A stretch of 64,000 bases of DNA from Patescibacteria group bacterium (GTDB lineage Bacteria; Patescibacteriota; Patescibacteriia; JAHJFT01). Positions 9,344 through 17,706 of this stretch are shown here, in pieces. A model generated the notes under the pieces. The model worked only from the letters and a program-made list of their open reading frames with translations, did not search any database and was not told the origin of the DNA. The DNA lies in the NCBI GenBank assembly GCA_028710985.1, contig JAQTTB010000001.1, positions 655,073 to 719,072 of the forward strand. The letters are read 5' to 3'. The translations under genes and the position numbers were made by a program. Within the stretch, counting starts at the first letter, position 1. Each line of letters opens with the position of its first letter.

Positions 9344-9532
9344 ATGATTTATAATTGTCCAATGTGCGGAGAGGTATTGGTCCAGGACATCGACATGAAC
9401 TGCATGAAGTGCGGCAGTGAAGGAGTGGAGGAGCGTGGCAATGAGTTTTATTGTCCGGCCTGCAATGAGCTGAATCCGGACGAAGTCCGCATGGTTTGCC
9501 GGCTCTGCGGCTCGGATGAAGTAAGCGTTTAA
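9344..9532 (+). CDS. Small zinc-ribbon protein with four CxxC motifs
   Basis: CPMCGE, CMKCGS, CPACNE and CRLCGS motifs in 62 aa. Confidence 0.5.
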   Translation: MIYNCPMCGEVLVQDIDMNCMKCGSEGVEERGNEFYCPACNELNPDEVRMVCRLCGSDEVSV

Positions 9533-9533
9533 C

Positions 9534-10208
9534 ATGACTGAATTTTTTGTTGTCGCAACCCCGATCGGCAACCTTGAGGACACGAGCCCGCGGGCCGTGC
9601 GAGTTCTTGCCGAAGCCGATTTGATACTTTGCGAAGATACGCGCGTCACGCGCAATCTTCTTGCGCATTTTAAAATAAAAATCCCTGTTGAAAGTTATCA
9701 CCAGCATTCAAAATTTACCAAAGTAAATCATATTAAAGAGATGGTGCGGCGGGGGAAGCGGATTGCCCTGGTTTCGGACGCCGGTACGCCGGGCGTGAGC
9801 GATCCGGGTGGCAAGCTCGTGGAAGAGCTGGTGCGCGAATTCGGTGCTGAAATCAACATCATTCCGGTTCCCGGACCGTGTGCCGCAGTTACGCTTCTCT
9901 CGGCTTCAGGATTTCCGGCGGACAAATTTTTATTTTTGGGATTTCCGCCGCATAAAAAAGCACGGCAGAAATTTTTCAAAGAAGTTGCCGCCGAAGAGCG
10001 GACGGTCGTGTTTTACGAATCAACTCACCGGATCATTAAAGCGCTCGCCGAACTTGAGGAGACAATTGCCGACCGGCCAATCGTGGTCGGCCGCGAGCTC
10101 ACAAAAAAATTTGAAACAATTTACCGCGGCACGGCTGCGGAAATTAAAAGCAGGCTGCAGGCAGGCGTATCAAAAGGAGAATTTGTAATCGTAATCTCTT
10201 CAAAATAA
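9534..10208 (+). CDS. rsmI: 16S rRNA (cytidine1402-2'-O)-methyltransferase
   Basis: Tetrapyrrole-methylase fold with FVVATPIGNLEDTSPRA ... ILCEDTR, typical of RsmI. 224 aa. Confidence 0.85.
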   Translation: MTEFFVVATPIGNLEDTSPRAVRVLAEADLILCEDTRVTRNLLAHFKIKIPVESYHQHSKFTKVNHIKEMVRRGKRIALVSDAGTPGVSDPGGKLVEELVREFGAEINIIPVPGPCAAVTLLSASGFPADKFLFLGFPPHKKARQKFFKEVAAEERTVVFYESTHRIIKALAELEETIADRPIVVGRELTKKFETIYRGTAAEIKSRLQAGVSKGEFVIVISSK

Positions 10209-10209
10209 A

Positions 10210-10628
10210 AATAATCCCCGTTGCTCAACTAGGGTCAAGCAACGGGGAGAGGAAGGAGGACGTGCTGCAGTCTGTGCATCGGTGATCCAGTCGGACAGAG
10301 ATCGGGGCAGGGGGCCACATCCTTTTCGCTCGTCGGGAACATCCCAACGTCTACTTCGGATTATGGCGAACAGGAGTTCTTGCCAGGATTCTTGGCTCAC
10401 AGACCGAAGTCTGAATCGCGTGCCCATGAGAAGGGAATGGCCCAGTGTCCCCGGACGCGGCCGATCGACAAAGCTGCGACCGAACCGATTTTGCATGATA
10501 CGCGTAATGCCATGCTCAAACTACGAGGTGGTGGGACTCGCGGCTTGAGGAATCCCCTTCGCGTAGCAACACATTCCACAGCACACGCAATTATTACACA
10601 ACGATAATATTTTGTCAATGGCGGACCT
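10210..10628 (+). ncRNA. ORF-free GC-rich structured region (~58% GC); candidate RNA gene or long regulatory leader of metG
   Basis: Only short mutually overlapping ORFs in all frames, none protein-like. Multiple stable hairpins, for example ccccgttgc ... gcaacgggg and cagaccgaagtctg. There is a weak resemblance to the T-box motif (GGUGGUGGGACUCGCGG versus AGGGUGGNACCGCG). The identity is unresolved. Confidence 0.35.
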
Positions 10629-12128
10629 ATGAAAAAATTCTATATTACAACGCCGATTTACTATGTAAACAGCAAGCCGCACATCGGCCACGCTTATACC
10701 AACTTCGCGGCCGATGCGGCCGCGCGCTGGCACCGCATGGCCGGGGCGGATGTTTATTTTTTGACCGGCACGGATGAGAACAGCCAGAAGAATGTTGAAG
10801 CCGCGGCCAAGGAGGGCGAAAAAGATATTCAGAAATTCGTTGACCGCATGAGCGCGGTCTGGCAGGAAACCCTTGATTCACTCGGAATGACTCATGATGA
10901 TTTTATCCGCACCACCGAACCGCGGCACAAAGAAGCCGTGGAAAAATTTGTAAAAACAGTCGTTGACGCCGGCGACATATATCAAGGCACCTACGAGGGC
11001 TGGTATTGCGGCGGCTGTGAAGCATTTGTCACCGATTCGGATCTAATTGACGGCAAATGCCCTATCCACCAAAAACCGGTCCAGAAAATCAAGGAAAAAA
11101 ATTATTTTTTCAAACTCACCAAGTATCGGAAACAGCTGCTTAAGCACATTAAGGATAATCCGGATTTTATCCAACCGGTTTCGCGCCGCAACGAAGTGGT
11201 GAGCTATATCAAAGATTTCATGGAAGATGTCAGCATCACCCGCGAAAGCATGGAATGGGGGATAAAGATGCCCGGCGATTCAAAGAGCGTTATTTATGTC
11301 TGGTTTGACGCGCTGATCAATTACATTTCTGCAATCGGATACTTCAATGACCAGAAAAAGTTTAAAAAATACTGGCCCGCCGATGTGCATATCGTGGGCA
11401 AGGATATCATTAAATTTCATTGCGCGCTTTGGCCGGCCATGCTCATGTCCGCCGGCCTTGAACTGCCGAAGCGGATTTTCGCGCACGGATTTTTTACGGT
11501 TGAAGGCCAAAAAATCAGCAAATCCCTAGGAAACGCCGTTGACCCGGTCGAACTCGCGAACAAATACGGCGTAGAGGCCCTGCGCTACTATCTCTTGCGC
11601 GAGATTACCTTCGGCGAGGACGGAGTTTTCTCAATTTCGCGCCTGGAGGAGCGCTATAATAACGATCTCGCAAACGAATTGGGCAATCTTCTCCAGAGAA
11701 CGCTCGCTATGACGGAAAAATACGTTGATTCCAAAGTGCCGGAGTTAGCGGCCGAAAAAATTGAAAACTGGCCGTTAATCATCCAGGCCATGGAAAAATT
11801 AAATTTTTCCGAAGCACTCGATGAAACATGGGAAGTGGTGCGCGAAGCCAACCGTTTCATTGACAGGGAACAACCCTGGCAGCTCGCAAAGATAAATTCC
11901 GAGCGGCTTGCCGCGGTTCTCTACATCCTGCTTGAAACCCTGCGAAATGTCGGCTGGATGCTTCTTGCCGTCATGCCTCAGACCGCGGAAAAAATCTGGA
12001 CCCAGCTCGGACTTGATCCGGCCAAAGAGAAGTCAAAGAAATTTGAAACTGCAATCAAATGGGGTGGCCTCAAATCGGGTACAGCTATCAAAAAAGCGGA
12101 ATCATTATTCCCGCGCCTAAATTCTTAA
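10629..12128 (+). CDS. metG: Methionyl-tRNA synthetase (class I)
   Basis: HIGH motif (HIGHAY), zinc knuckle CGGC ... C ... H, and KMSKS-type KISKSLGN. Confidence 0.9.
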   Translation: MKKFYITTPIYYVNSKPHIGHAYTNFAADAAARWHRMAGADVYFLTGTDENSQKNVEAAAKEGEKDIQKFVDRMSAVWQETLDSLGMTHDDFIRTTEPRHKEAVEKFVKTVVDAGDIYQGTYEGWYCGGCEAFVTDSDLIDGKCPIHQKPVQKIKEKNYFFKLTKYRKQLLKHIKDNPDFIQPVSRRNEVVSYIKDFMEDVSITRESMEWGIKMPGDSKSVIYVWFDALINYISAIGYFNDQKKFKKYWPADVHIVGKDIIKFHCALWPAMLMSAGLELPKRIFAHGFFTVEGQKISKSLGNAVDPVELANKYGVEALRYYLLREITFGEDGVFSISRLEERYNNDLANELGNLLQRTLAMTEKYVDSKVPELAAEKIENWPLIIQAMEKLNFSEALDETWEVVREANRFIDREQPWQLAKINSERLAAVLYILLETLRNVGWMLLAVMPQTAEKIWTQLGLDPAKEKSKKFETAIKWGGLKSGTAIKKAESLFPRLNS

Positions 12129-12159
12129 ATCTAGATTCTAGGTACTAGATTCTAGATAC
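12129..12159. repeat. ctagattctag-type short palindromic repeats immediately upstream of the 12174 gene
   Basis: The sequence tctagattctaggtactagattctagatact is present here. A related copy, gctagattctatattctagattcta, is at 39843-39867. Confidence 0.5.
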
Positions 12160-12173
12160 TAAAATATTTATCT

Positions 12174-12686
12174 ATGACACTTTTTGACGTAATCCTCATC
12201 GTCTGCCTCGCGGGTTTTGTTTTTTACGGCCTGTTTTTCGGCATAGTGCAAACACTCGGCGGCCTTTTTGGCGTGTTTGCCGGCGCGCTGATCGCGAGCC
12301 GCATCTACGAGCCCATCGCCGGGCTTTTTGAACCGTTTTTCTGGGGCAATGAGAACATGTCAAAGGTGGTGTGCTTTATAATTATATTTATTTTGATAAA
12401 CCGGCTCGTCGGATTACTTTTTCACATCCTTGACAAAATATTCGGATTTTTGAAAATTATTCCGTTCATGAAATCAATAAGCAGTTTGCTTGGCGGACTC
12501 GTCGGATTTATTGAAGGTGCTTTTCTTCTCGGCGGAATTCTCTATGTGGCGTCCCGCTATCCGATAATTGACTGGCTAAACCAGTGGATGGTTGATTCAT
12601 CCATTGCCCATTATTTGGTTATGATTTTTAATTTGATATCTCCGCTTCTGCCCGAGGCTGTCAGACAAATTCAGTCCTTAATATAA
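12174..12686 (+). CDS. CvpA-family membrane protein
   Basis: 170 aa with four predicted transmembrane helices and a glycine-rich N-terminal helix pattern typical of CvpA. Confidence 0.55.
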   Translation: MTLFDVILIVCLAGFVFYGLFFGIVQTLGGLFGVFAGALIASRIYEPIAGLFEPFFWGNENMSKVVCFIIIFILINRLVGLLFHILDKIFGFLKIIPFMKSISSLLGGLVGFIEGAFLLGGILYVASRYPIIDWLNQWMVDSSIAHYLVMIFNLISPLLPEAVRQIQSLI

Positions 12687-12690
12687 TGCC

Positions 12691-13551
12691 ATGAACCCAT
12701 TTTTAATTGATACGCACAGCCATCTGAATTTCAGCGCTTTTAAAAATGACGCCGAAATTATCGCTCGTCAGTGTCTGGACCAAAACATCTGGATGATTAA
12801 TGTCGGATCGCAGGCTTCAACTAGCGAACGCGCCGTGCGTTTTGCCGAGCAATTTAGCGAAGGCGTATATGCCGCCGTCGGCCTGCACCCCAGCCACCTT
12901 GTTGACATGGAGGTGGAGGAAGAGGAGGCCAAGTTCGCGGCTCATGCCGAGGATTTTGATCATGACTTTTATAAAAACCTAGCGCAGAGTCCCAAGGTTG
13001 TGGCAATCGGCGAGTCCGGCCTTGATTACCATTACGTACCCGAGCACGAAGAACTCAACGGCGTAAAAACCCGGCAGGCCGATATTTTCCGCCGGCACCT
13101 GGACCTGGCCGATGAACTGAATCTGCCAATTATCATCCACGCGCGTGAGACTTACGGTGCGGTCGCGGAAATAGTTGAGGAATATATAAATCAGGACAAA
13201 TTAAAAAAACGCGGCGTTCTCCATTGCTTCCTCGGCACGTGGGAGGAAGCAGAAAGATTTTTACAATTTGGATTTTTAATTTCTTTCACTGGTATAGTTA
13301 CCTTTGCCCCTAAGCAGTCACAGATTTTTGAGCATTCGGCGCTTGCGGAGACGGTTAAGAATATTCCATTGGACCGCGTCATGGTGGAAACCGACGCGCC
13401 GTTTCTCACGCCCGAACCCCACCGCGGAAAGCGCAATCTGCCGCAATATGTGGTCGAGGTGGCGAAAAAAATCGCGGAAATCAAGGGAATAACCATGGAA
13501 GAAGTGGCGGCCGCGACCACCGCTAACGCTCGCAATTTTTTTGGAATTTAA
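12691..13551 (+). CDS. tatD: TatD-family metal-dependent hydrolase (DNase)
   Basis: N-terminal IDTHSHL and the conserved His/Glu/Asp pattern of TatD. 286 aa. Confidence 0.85.
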   Translation: MNPFLIDTHSHLNFSAFKNDAEIIARQCLDQNIWMINVGSQASTSERAVRFAEQFSEGVYAAVGLHPSHLVDMEVEEEEAKFAAHAEDFDHDFYKNLAQSPKVVAIGESGLDYHYVPEHEELNGVKTRQADIFRRHLDLADELNLPIIIHARETYGAVAEIVEEYINQDKLKKRGVLHCFLGTWEEAERFLQFGFLISFTGIVTFAPKQSQIFEHSALAETVKNIPLDRVMVETDAPFLTPEPHRGKRNLPQYVVEVAKKIAEIKGITMEEVAAATTANARNFFGI

Positions 13552-13562
13552 ACAAGAAAAGT

Positions 13563-14387
13563 ATGCCAAGAAATCCCGAAAATATTTATTCGCCAAGCCC
13601 GGAAGACAGAAAACCGCTTGAAATCGCGCCGGCGAAAGAAATATTCACCGACGAAGAGTATATTAGGTATCGGGAGGGCGCCATCCTGGCAAATCCCCAG
13701 GGCAAAAAATTTCGAATTGAGGGTATAGGCAATGATTTTGAGACCGGTGAAAAGATGTTGGTCGTTGCTAAAGCGGATAAAAGCGTGAAGAATAAGAAAA
13801 CTTATGAATTCATAAAGTCGGATGAGCTTAAAGACTATAAAAGAATTTTGCAGGATTTAGATTATCATGGAGAATATTTTTTGCATCGCCACAAACCAAT
13901 GGCAGTTTACGTGAGGGGATGTGCGCCCAAGAAAAACGCAATAATATTACATGATCAAGGGGGAAAAGATTTTGAAGTGCCGTATGAATCATTTGTAAAA
14001 AATTACTCCGAATTGCCTGATGACTCACACGCTCCGTTCAAGCATACTTGGCTCATGAAAAAGGGGACGCAGGAGCCGGTGTTTATTAGTGATATCGATA
14101 TTGATCGTCAGAGCATTGAAATCGTTGAAATCGTTCGAACGATTGATACAAAAAGCGGAAAATTCAACACAATAATTTTGCCAGATACTAAAAAGCGCAT
14201 CTCTTTTGATGATATGGGTAAGGAGTTCATTAGTGTCCCAAATGGGCCTGAGGAACTAACCTTTTCATTTTCGGATGAGGACGAGGACGCTAAATATGCC
14301 GAGGCGATTGAAGTAGAGGGAACGCGGCTGGATGAACGCGACACCACGGTAGATTCTGACAAACAGGACTGGGAAGATGCCGCGTAG
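13563..14387 (+). CDS. Hypothetical protein with an acidic C-terminus
   Basis: 274-aa ORF with no recognised family, followed by an intrinsic terminator. Confidence 0.5.
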   Translation: MPRNPENIYSPSPEDRKPLEIAPAKEIFTDEEYIRYREGAILANPQGKKFRIEGIGNDFETGEKMLVVAKADKSVKNKKTYEFIKSDELKDYKRILQDLDYHGEYFLHRHKPMAVYVRGCAPKKNAIILHDQGGKDFEVPYESFVKNYSELPDDSHAPFKHTWLMKKGTQEPVFISDIDIDRQSIEIVEIVRTIDTKSGKFNTIILPDTKKRISFDDMGKEFISVPNGPEELTFSFSDEDEDAKYAEAIEVEGTRLDERDTTVDSDKQDWEDAA

Positions 14388-14423
14388 AATCGTTGGGTAG
14401 TTCGCGAATCATCCACAATTTCG

Positions 14424-14454
14424 AAGCGCTCCAAGGGAGCGCTTTTTGTTTTTG
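14424..14454 (+). terminator. Intrinsic terminator
   Basis: Hairpin gaagcgctccaagggagcgctt followed by a T-run. Confidence 0.6.
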
Positions 14455-14471
14455 AACAACCCGCTCGTATT

Positions 14472-14627
14472 GTCATCCTGAGTCCCGACATCCGCGAAGC
14501 GGAATGTCGGGGCGAAGGATCTCACAGTCTCGAGATGAGCGTCCACGGCGCCACCATGGTCATGGCGAGATGCGAGATCCTTCGCCCCTCACCCCTCGAC
14601 AAGCTCGAGGCTCGGGCTCAGGATGAC
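14472..14627. repeat. Inverted pair of GTCATCCTGAG-[hairpin]-CGAAGGATC nested repeat elements
   Basis: Copy a1 at 14472-14523 is on the plus strand and copy a2 at 14574-14627 is on the minus strand. Inner hairpins are tcccgacatccgc-gaag-gcggaatgtcggg and cctcgagcttgtcgagggg. Confidence 0.7.
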
Positions 14628-14650
14628 AATATTATGGATGTGTATGCGAT

Positions 14651-14688
14651 AAAAAAACCGGCCGTCAATCTTGCGATTGAACGGCCGA
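14651..14688 (-). terminator. Intrinsic terminator of the minus-strand GC-rich cassette
   Basis: On the minus strand, hairpin ccggccgttcaatcgcaagattgacggccgg followed by T7. Confidence 0.6.
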
Positions 14689-14704
14689 TGAGAGCGTTAT
14701 CGAT

Positions 14705-14851
14705 TTACGGGAGTGGCGGAAATCGTATGGCCGGTCCCGTTACCGATGCATCGATGGGAATTATGAACCAGAGGATGATCGGCAGAAAGAACATGATGAG
14801 AAATAATACTAGCAAGAGCGGGTAGTCGCGTGGTTTGTCGTTTGGTTGCAT
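14705..14851 (-). CDS. Small hydrophobic peptide (48 aa), translationally coupled downstream of the 14865-15719 gene
   Basis: Strong SD TAGGAGGAA 7 nt upstream of the ATG. The peptide MQPNDKPRDYPLLLVLFLIMFFLPIILWFII is transmembrane-like. It is followed by the terminator at 14651-14688. At 48 aa it is below the ORF-track cutoff. Confidence 0.35.
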   Translation of the reverse strand: MQPNDKPRDYPLLLVLFLIMFFLPIILWFIIPIDASVTGPAIRFPPLP

Positions 14852-14864
14852 CTGCTGCTTCCTC

Positions 14865-15719
14865 CTACTTCGCCCGGACCGCCACGTACCCGCGCGGTAT
14901 GAGCCAGCGCCGCGTCACGAGCTCGTAGTTCACGAGGCCGATGAGGCCGCCCGCGAGCGCGCCGATGATCGCCGAACCCGCGACGTACCCGGCCACCGAA
15001 CCGATGACCGCGTCGGTGAAGCAGAGCGCCCGCCGCTCCGAGTGGATGCGGACGAACACCTGCCAGCCGAAACGTCCGAGGAAGCGGACCAGAGCGACGG
15101 AACCGCGTCCGATCGCCATGATGGATCGTCCCATGAAGCGCAGAATCTCCACCATGGCTCTCGGCGTTCTCTTCATGAGCCACCACATGCCGCGGGGCAG
15201 GTGGTAGAAGAGGACGATGGGCGGGGCTAGACAGTATGCCGCAGTCCACGCGGTTTTTCGATGATGGTCGAGAATTTCGTCGCGTTTTGGTGCTTGGGCA
15301 CATCCGGTGGTATAGAATAACAGTATTACTGTACTGATGCACATGATTGTAGCACCAGTGACGATCTTGAGCACTTCGAACGCTCCTTGAAAAATTTCGA
15401 CCTTAGGTTCGAATATGTCTATCGCAATAAAGAAGATGATGGTCGTTGTTGCAAGATCCAGGAAGAAGCAGAAAAAAGCGACCAAACCCGCCGCAGTGGT
15501 TTTCCAGAAACGCCGATCCGGCCTCCATCCTCTGGCCGCCCGGTACGCCGCCGGGATGACGCCGATGACGCGCCGGAAATCGTAGGCCAGGTAGCCCACG
15601 AGTCCGCCGGTGATGAGCCCGACCCAGATGAGCCAGGGCTTGAGCTCCAGAGCGATGAGCGAGCCAATGAATGCGCCCACGCCACACGCGAACATGATTT
15701 TCCAGGATTCCTTCTTCAC
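14865..15719 (-). CDS. Hypothetical polytopic membrane protein in a GC-rich (~60%) segment
   Basis: 284 aa with several predicted transmembrane helices. GTG start preceded by a strong SD (AAGGAGG with a 6-nt spacer). The composition differs markedly from its neighbours. Confidence 0.55.
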   Translation of the reverse strand: MKKESWKIMFACGVGAFIGSLIALELKPWLIWVGLITGGLVGYLAYDFRRVIGVIPAAYRAARGWRPDRRFWKTTAAGLVAFFCFFLDLATTTIIFFIAIDIFEPKVEIFQGAFEVLKIVTGATIMCISTVILLFYTTGCAQAPKRDEILDHHRKTAWTAAYCLAPPIVLFYHLPRGMWWLMKRTPRAMVEILRFMGRSIMAIGRGSVALVRFLGRFGWQVFVRIHSERRALCFTDAVIGSVAGYVAGSAIIGALAGGLIGLVNYELVTRRWLIPRGYVAVRAK

Positions 15720-15823
15720 GACGAACCTCCTTTTTGGTTGTCAGAGAACAATCAGTCGGTTTCCCGACTTTTCATCACATTATAGTGGAAAAAGCCCATT
15801 TTGTCAAGCCATTCACTCTTATC

Positions 15824-15939
15824 GTCATTGCGAGCCCCGAGCTTGTCGAGGGGCGAAGCAATCCCGTTGCAGGCGCTTCAAAATAGGTACAGGATTGCTT
15901 CGGTCGTCCCGACTGCTGTCGGGACTCTCTCGCAATGAC
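15824..15939. repeat. Inverted pair of GTCATTGCGAG-[hairpin]-CGAAGCAATCC nested repeat elements
   Basis: Copy b1 at 15824-15864 is on the plus strand with inner hairpin ccccgagcttgtcgagggg. Copy b2 at 15892-15939 is on the minus strand with inner hairpin gtcccgacagcagtcgggac. The inner hairpins match those of the a1/a2 pair, with the flanks and cores swapped. Confidence 0.7.
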
Positions 15940-16008
15940 GATAAGAAAAGAAGAAGATAAAGCGTCGGGGCTCTACCCAAATTACCGATTTTTTGTTAAA
16001 ATCAACCC

Positions 16009-16710
16009 ATGAACCTCATGCAAATCTATCGCAACCTCTACCGTCACTTCGGCCCCCAGCATTGGTGGCCGGTTTCAGCTAAAAAGGGGGATAAGGTCTT
16101 TGAAATCTGCGTCGGCGCCATCCTGACCCAGAACACGAATTGGAAAAATGTTGAATTAGCCCTCGCCGGCCTCCGGAAGGCGCGCCTTCTGACCCCGTGC
16201 GCCATTGCCAAATCGCCGGCGCGAAAAATTGAGCGTCTGATCCGGCCGTCCGGGTATTTCCGCCAGAAAGCCAAAAAGCTCAAGATTTTTGCCAAATATA
16301 TCTGCGACAACTATCAGTCCAGCGCGAAAAAGTTTCTGCAAGGCAGTCTGGAAAAAAAGCGGCCCGAACTCCTGTCAATCTGGGGCATCGGACCCGAGAC
16401 GGTTGATTCCATGCTGTTGTATGCCGGAAAAAAGACGACATTCGTGATTGACGCCTACACGCGGCGTTTGTGCAAAGAGCTGGGCATTGAATTTAAAGAT
16501 TACGAAGAATATCGCGCGTATTTTCAAAAACGCCTTCGCCCGAACGTTGAATTGTATAATGAATTTCACGCTTTGATTGTCGCCTGGGGCAAGCTGTTGC
16601 GACAGAACCGTGGGCAAGCGGTCGTATTGCTCAAGATAAAAAAATGCCCGAGGCGGGTGCCAAGGGCTGGGAAAAGGAATAAAGGAGCTAGCGTACGAGA
16701 ACGTCTTTAA
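16009..16710 (+). CDS. HhH-GPD superfamily base-excision DNA repair protein (endonuclease III-like)
   Basis: Helix-hairpin-helix plus Gly/Pro-rich loop pattern (LLSIWGIGPETVDSMLLYA ... VIDAYTRR). 233 aa. Confidence 0.75.
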   Translation: MNLMQIYRNLYRHFGPQHWWPVSAKKGDKVFEICVGAILTQNTNWKNVELALAGLRKARLLTPCAIAKSPARKIERLIRPSGYFRQKAKKLKIFAKYICDNYQSSAKKFLQGSLEKKRPELLSIWGIGPETVDSMLLYAGKKTTFVIDAYTRRLCKELGIEFKDYEEYRAYFQKRLRPNVELYNEFHALIVAWGKLLRQNRGQAVVLLKIKKCPRRVPRAGKRNKGASVRERL

Positions 16711-17158
16711 CGAGCTTGGCGAGGAACGCATCGTCGATCTCGCCCGGATTTGGGCGCTGACGCATTGAGCCGAGGCGGACAATGTCAACGGTTCTTTCAG
16801 AGAGAACAATCGCACGAGTGAATGGAAAATCGTGCCTTAGCGTCCTCACGAATTCGGCAGCCGACTGCTCGGACGATAAGTGTTCGGATATTACCAGATC
16901 AACCGTTGAGATTATTTTTCCGTGCCTCTGATGGTTTGCGTAATCCTCGACAAAGCTGCCGGACATGTCAGCTGGCAAGAGTTCCTTTCCGAGCACCTGC
17001 TTTCCTTGTTCACGTAAAAACATAATGGCCTGGTTGGTGCTATCGGCGCGCAGAACCATGTGGCCGATCGATTCAAGACGTTGCTTCAGACTGATGCCAA
17101 ACGGTTTTTGTTCACTGACCACAAGGATCGTTGCATTGATCGTTGCTTCCCTGGGCAT
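16688..17158 (-). CDS. Receiver-like (pseudo-receiver) domain protein
   Basis: CheY-like topology, but the acidic pocket is SE instead of DD and the phospho-acceptor position reads VISE (Glu instead of Asp). Confidence 0.5.
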   Translation of the reverse strand: MPREATINATILVVSEQKPFGISLKQRLESIGHMVLRADSTNQAIMFLREQGKQVLGKELLPADMSGSFVEDYANHQRHGKIISTVDLVISEHLSSEQSAAEFVRTLRHDFPFTRAIVLSERTVDIVRLGSMRQRPNPGEIDDAFLAKLVKDVLVR

Positions 17159-17299
17159 ACTCCACCTCCTCCTTATTGTTAAAAAACCAAACTAATATTA
17201 TCATATTTCAAAACCCGGCAACAGGCGATTTATACACAAAAAAATCGTCCCGACCGATGGATCGAGACGACAGTATTGAGAGCATGGGCTGGAAGTGGA

Positions 17300-17665
17300 T
17301 CAGGAACGGGGGGATGACATCTGGAGCGCGGCATCGACGGCTTTCGTGAAAGCGTCGAAGTTGAGTGGCTTGGCGAGGTGCTGGGTCCGGTCGTCGGAGG
17401 GCAGTTTGTCGCTTCCTCCGGTCATGAGGATGAACGGCAGGTCGGGACACGTGGCGCGCACGCGCGCGAACAGCTGTTTGCCGTCCATGACCGGCATGTT
17501 CACATCCGAGATGATGAGCGCGGCCGTATCCTTCCAGACCTCGAGCGATCGCAGGGCCTCCTCACCGTTTTCGCACAACACTGTGAGGTTGCCCATGCGC
17601 TTTAAGATGCGCGAGATTGCGTTTCTGATTTCCTGGTCGTCATCCACGACAATGATCAGCGACAT
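17300..17665 (-). CDS. Single-domain response regulator (CheY-like receiver)
   Basis: Canonical receiver residues: VVDDD, ISDVNMP (phospho-acceptor Asp), LMTG and LAKP. 121 aa. Confidence 0.75.
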   Translation of the reverse strand: MSLIIVVDDDQEIRNAISRILKRMGNLTVLCENGEEALRSLEVWKDTAALIISDVNMPVMDGKQLFARVRATCPDLPFILMTGGSDKLPSDDRTQHLAKPLNFDAFTKAVDAALQMSSPRS

Positions 17666-17706
17666 ATGATTCTCCCTTCGTTGATATTAGAAATGCGCGA
17701 AAGATA

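Noticed and set aside
10200-10733. Five overlapping ORFs of 70-98 aa on both strands in the rsmI-metG gap
   Set aside because: They overlap one another in different frames, have Arg/Gly/Pro-rich non-protein-like composition, and lie in a GC-rich hairpin-dense stretch. The region was treated as a structured RNA or leader instead.
14535-14825. Plus-strand 96-aa ORF downstream of the repeat pair
   Set aside because: It runs through the repeat copy a2 and the minus-strand terminator hairpin. The opposite strand carries a short hydrophobic ORF with a strong SD that explains the region better.
14809-15785. Several 88-177-aa ORFs on both strands (14809-15342 -, 14835-15230 +, 14941-15207 +, 15387-15785 +, 15403-15687 -, 15419-15685 -)
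   Set aside because: They are alternative-frame artefacts of the high-GC 14865-15719 membrane-protein gene. Only that frame has a strong SD and a coherent hydrophobic profile.
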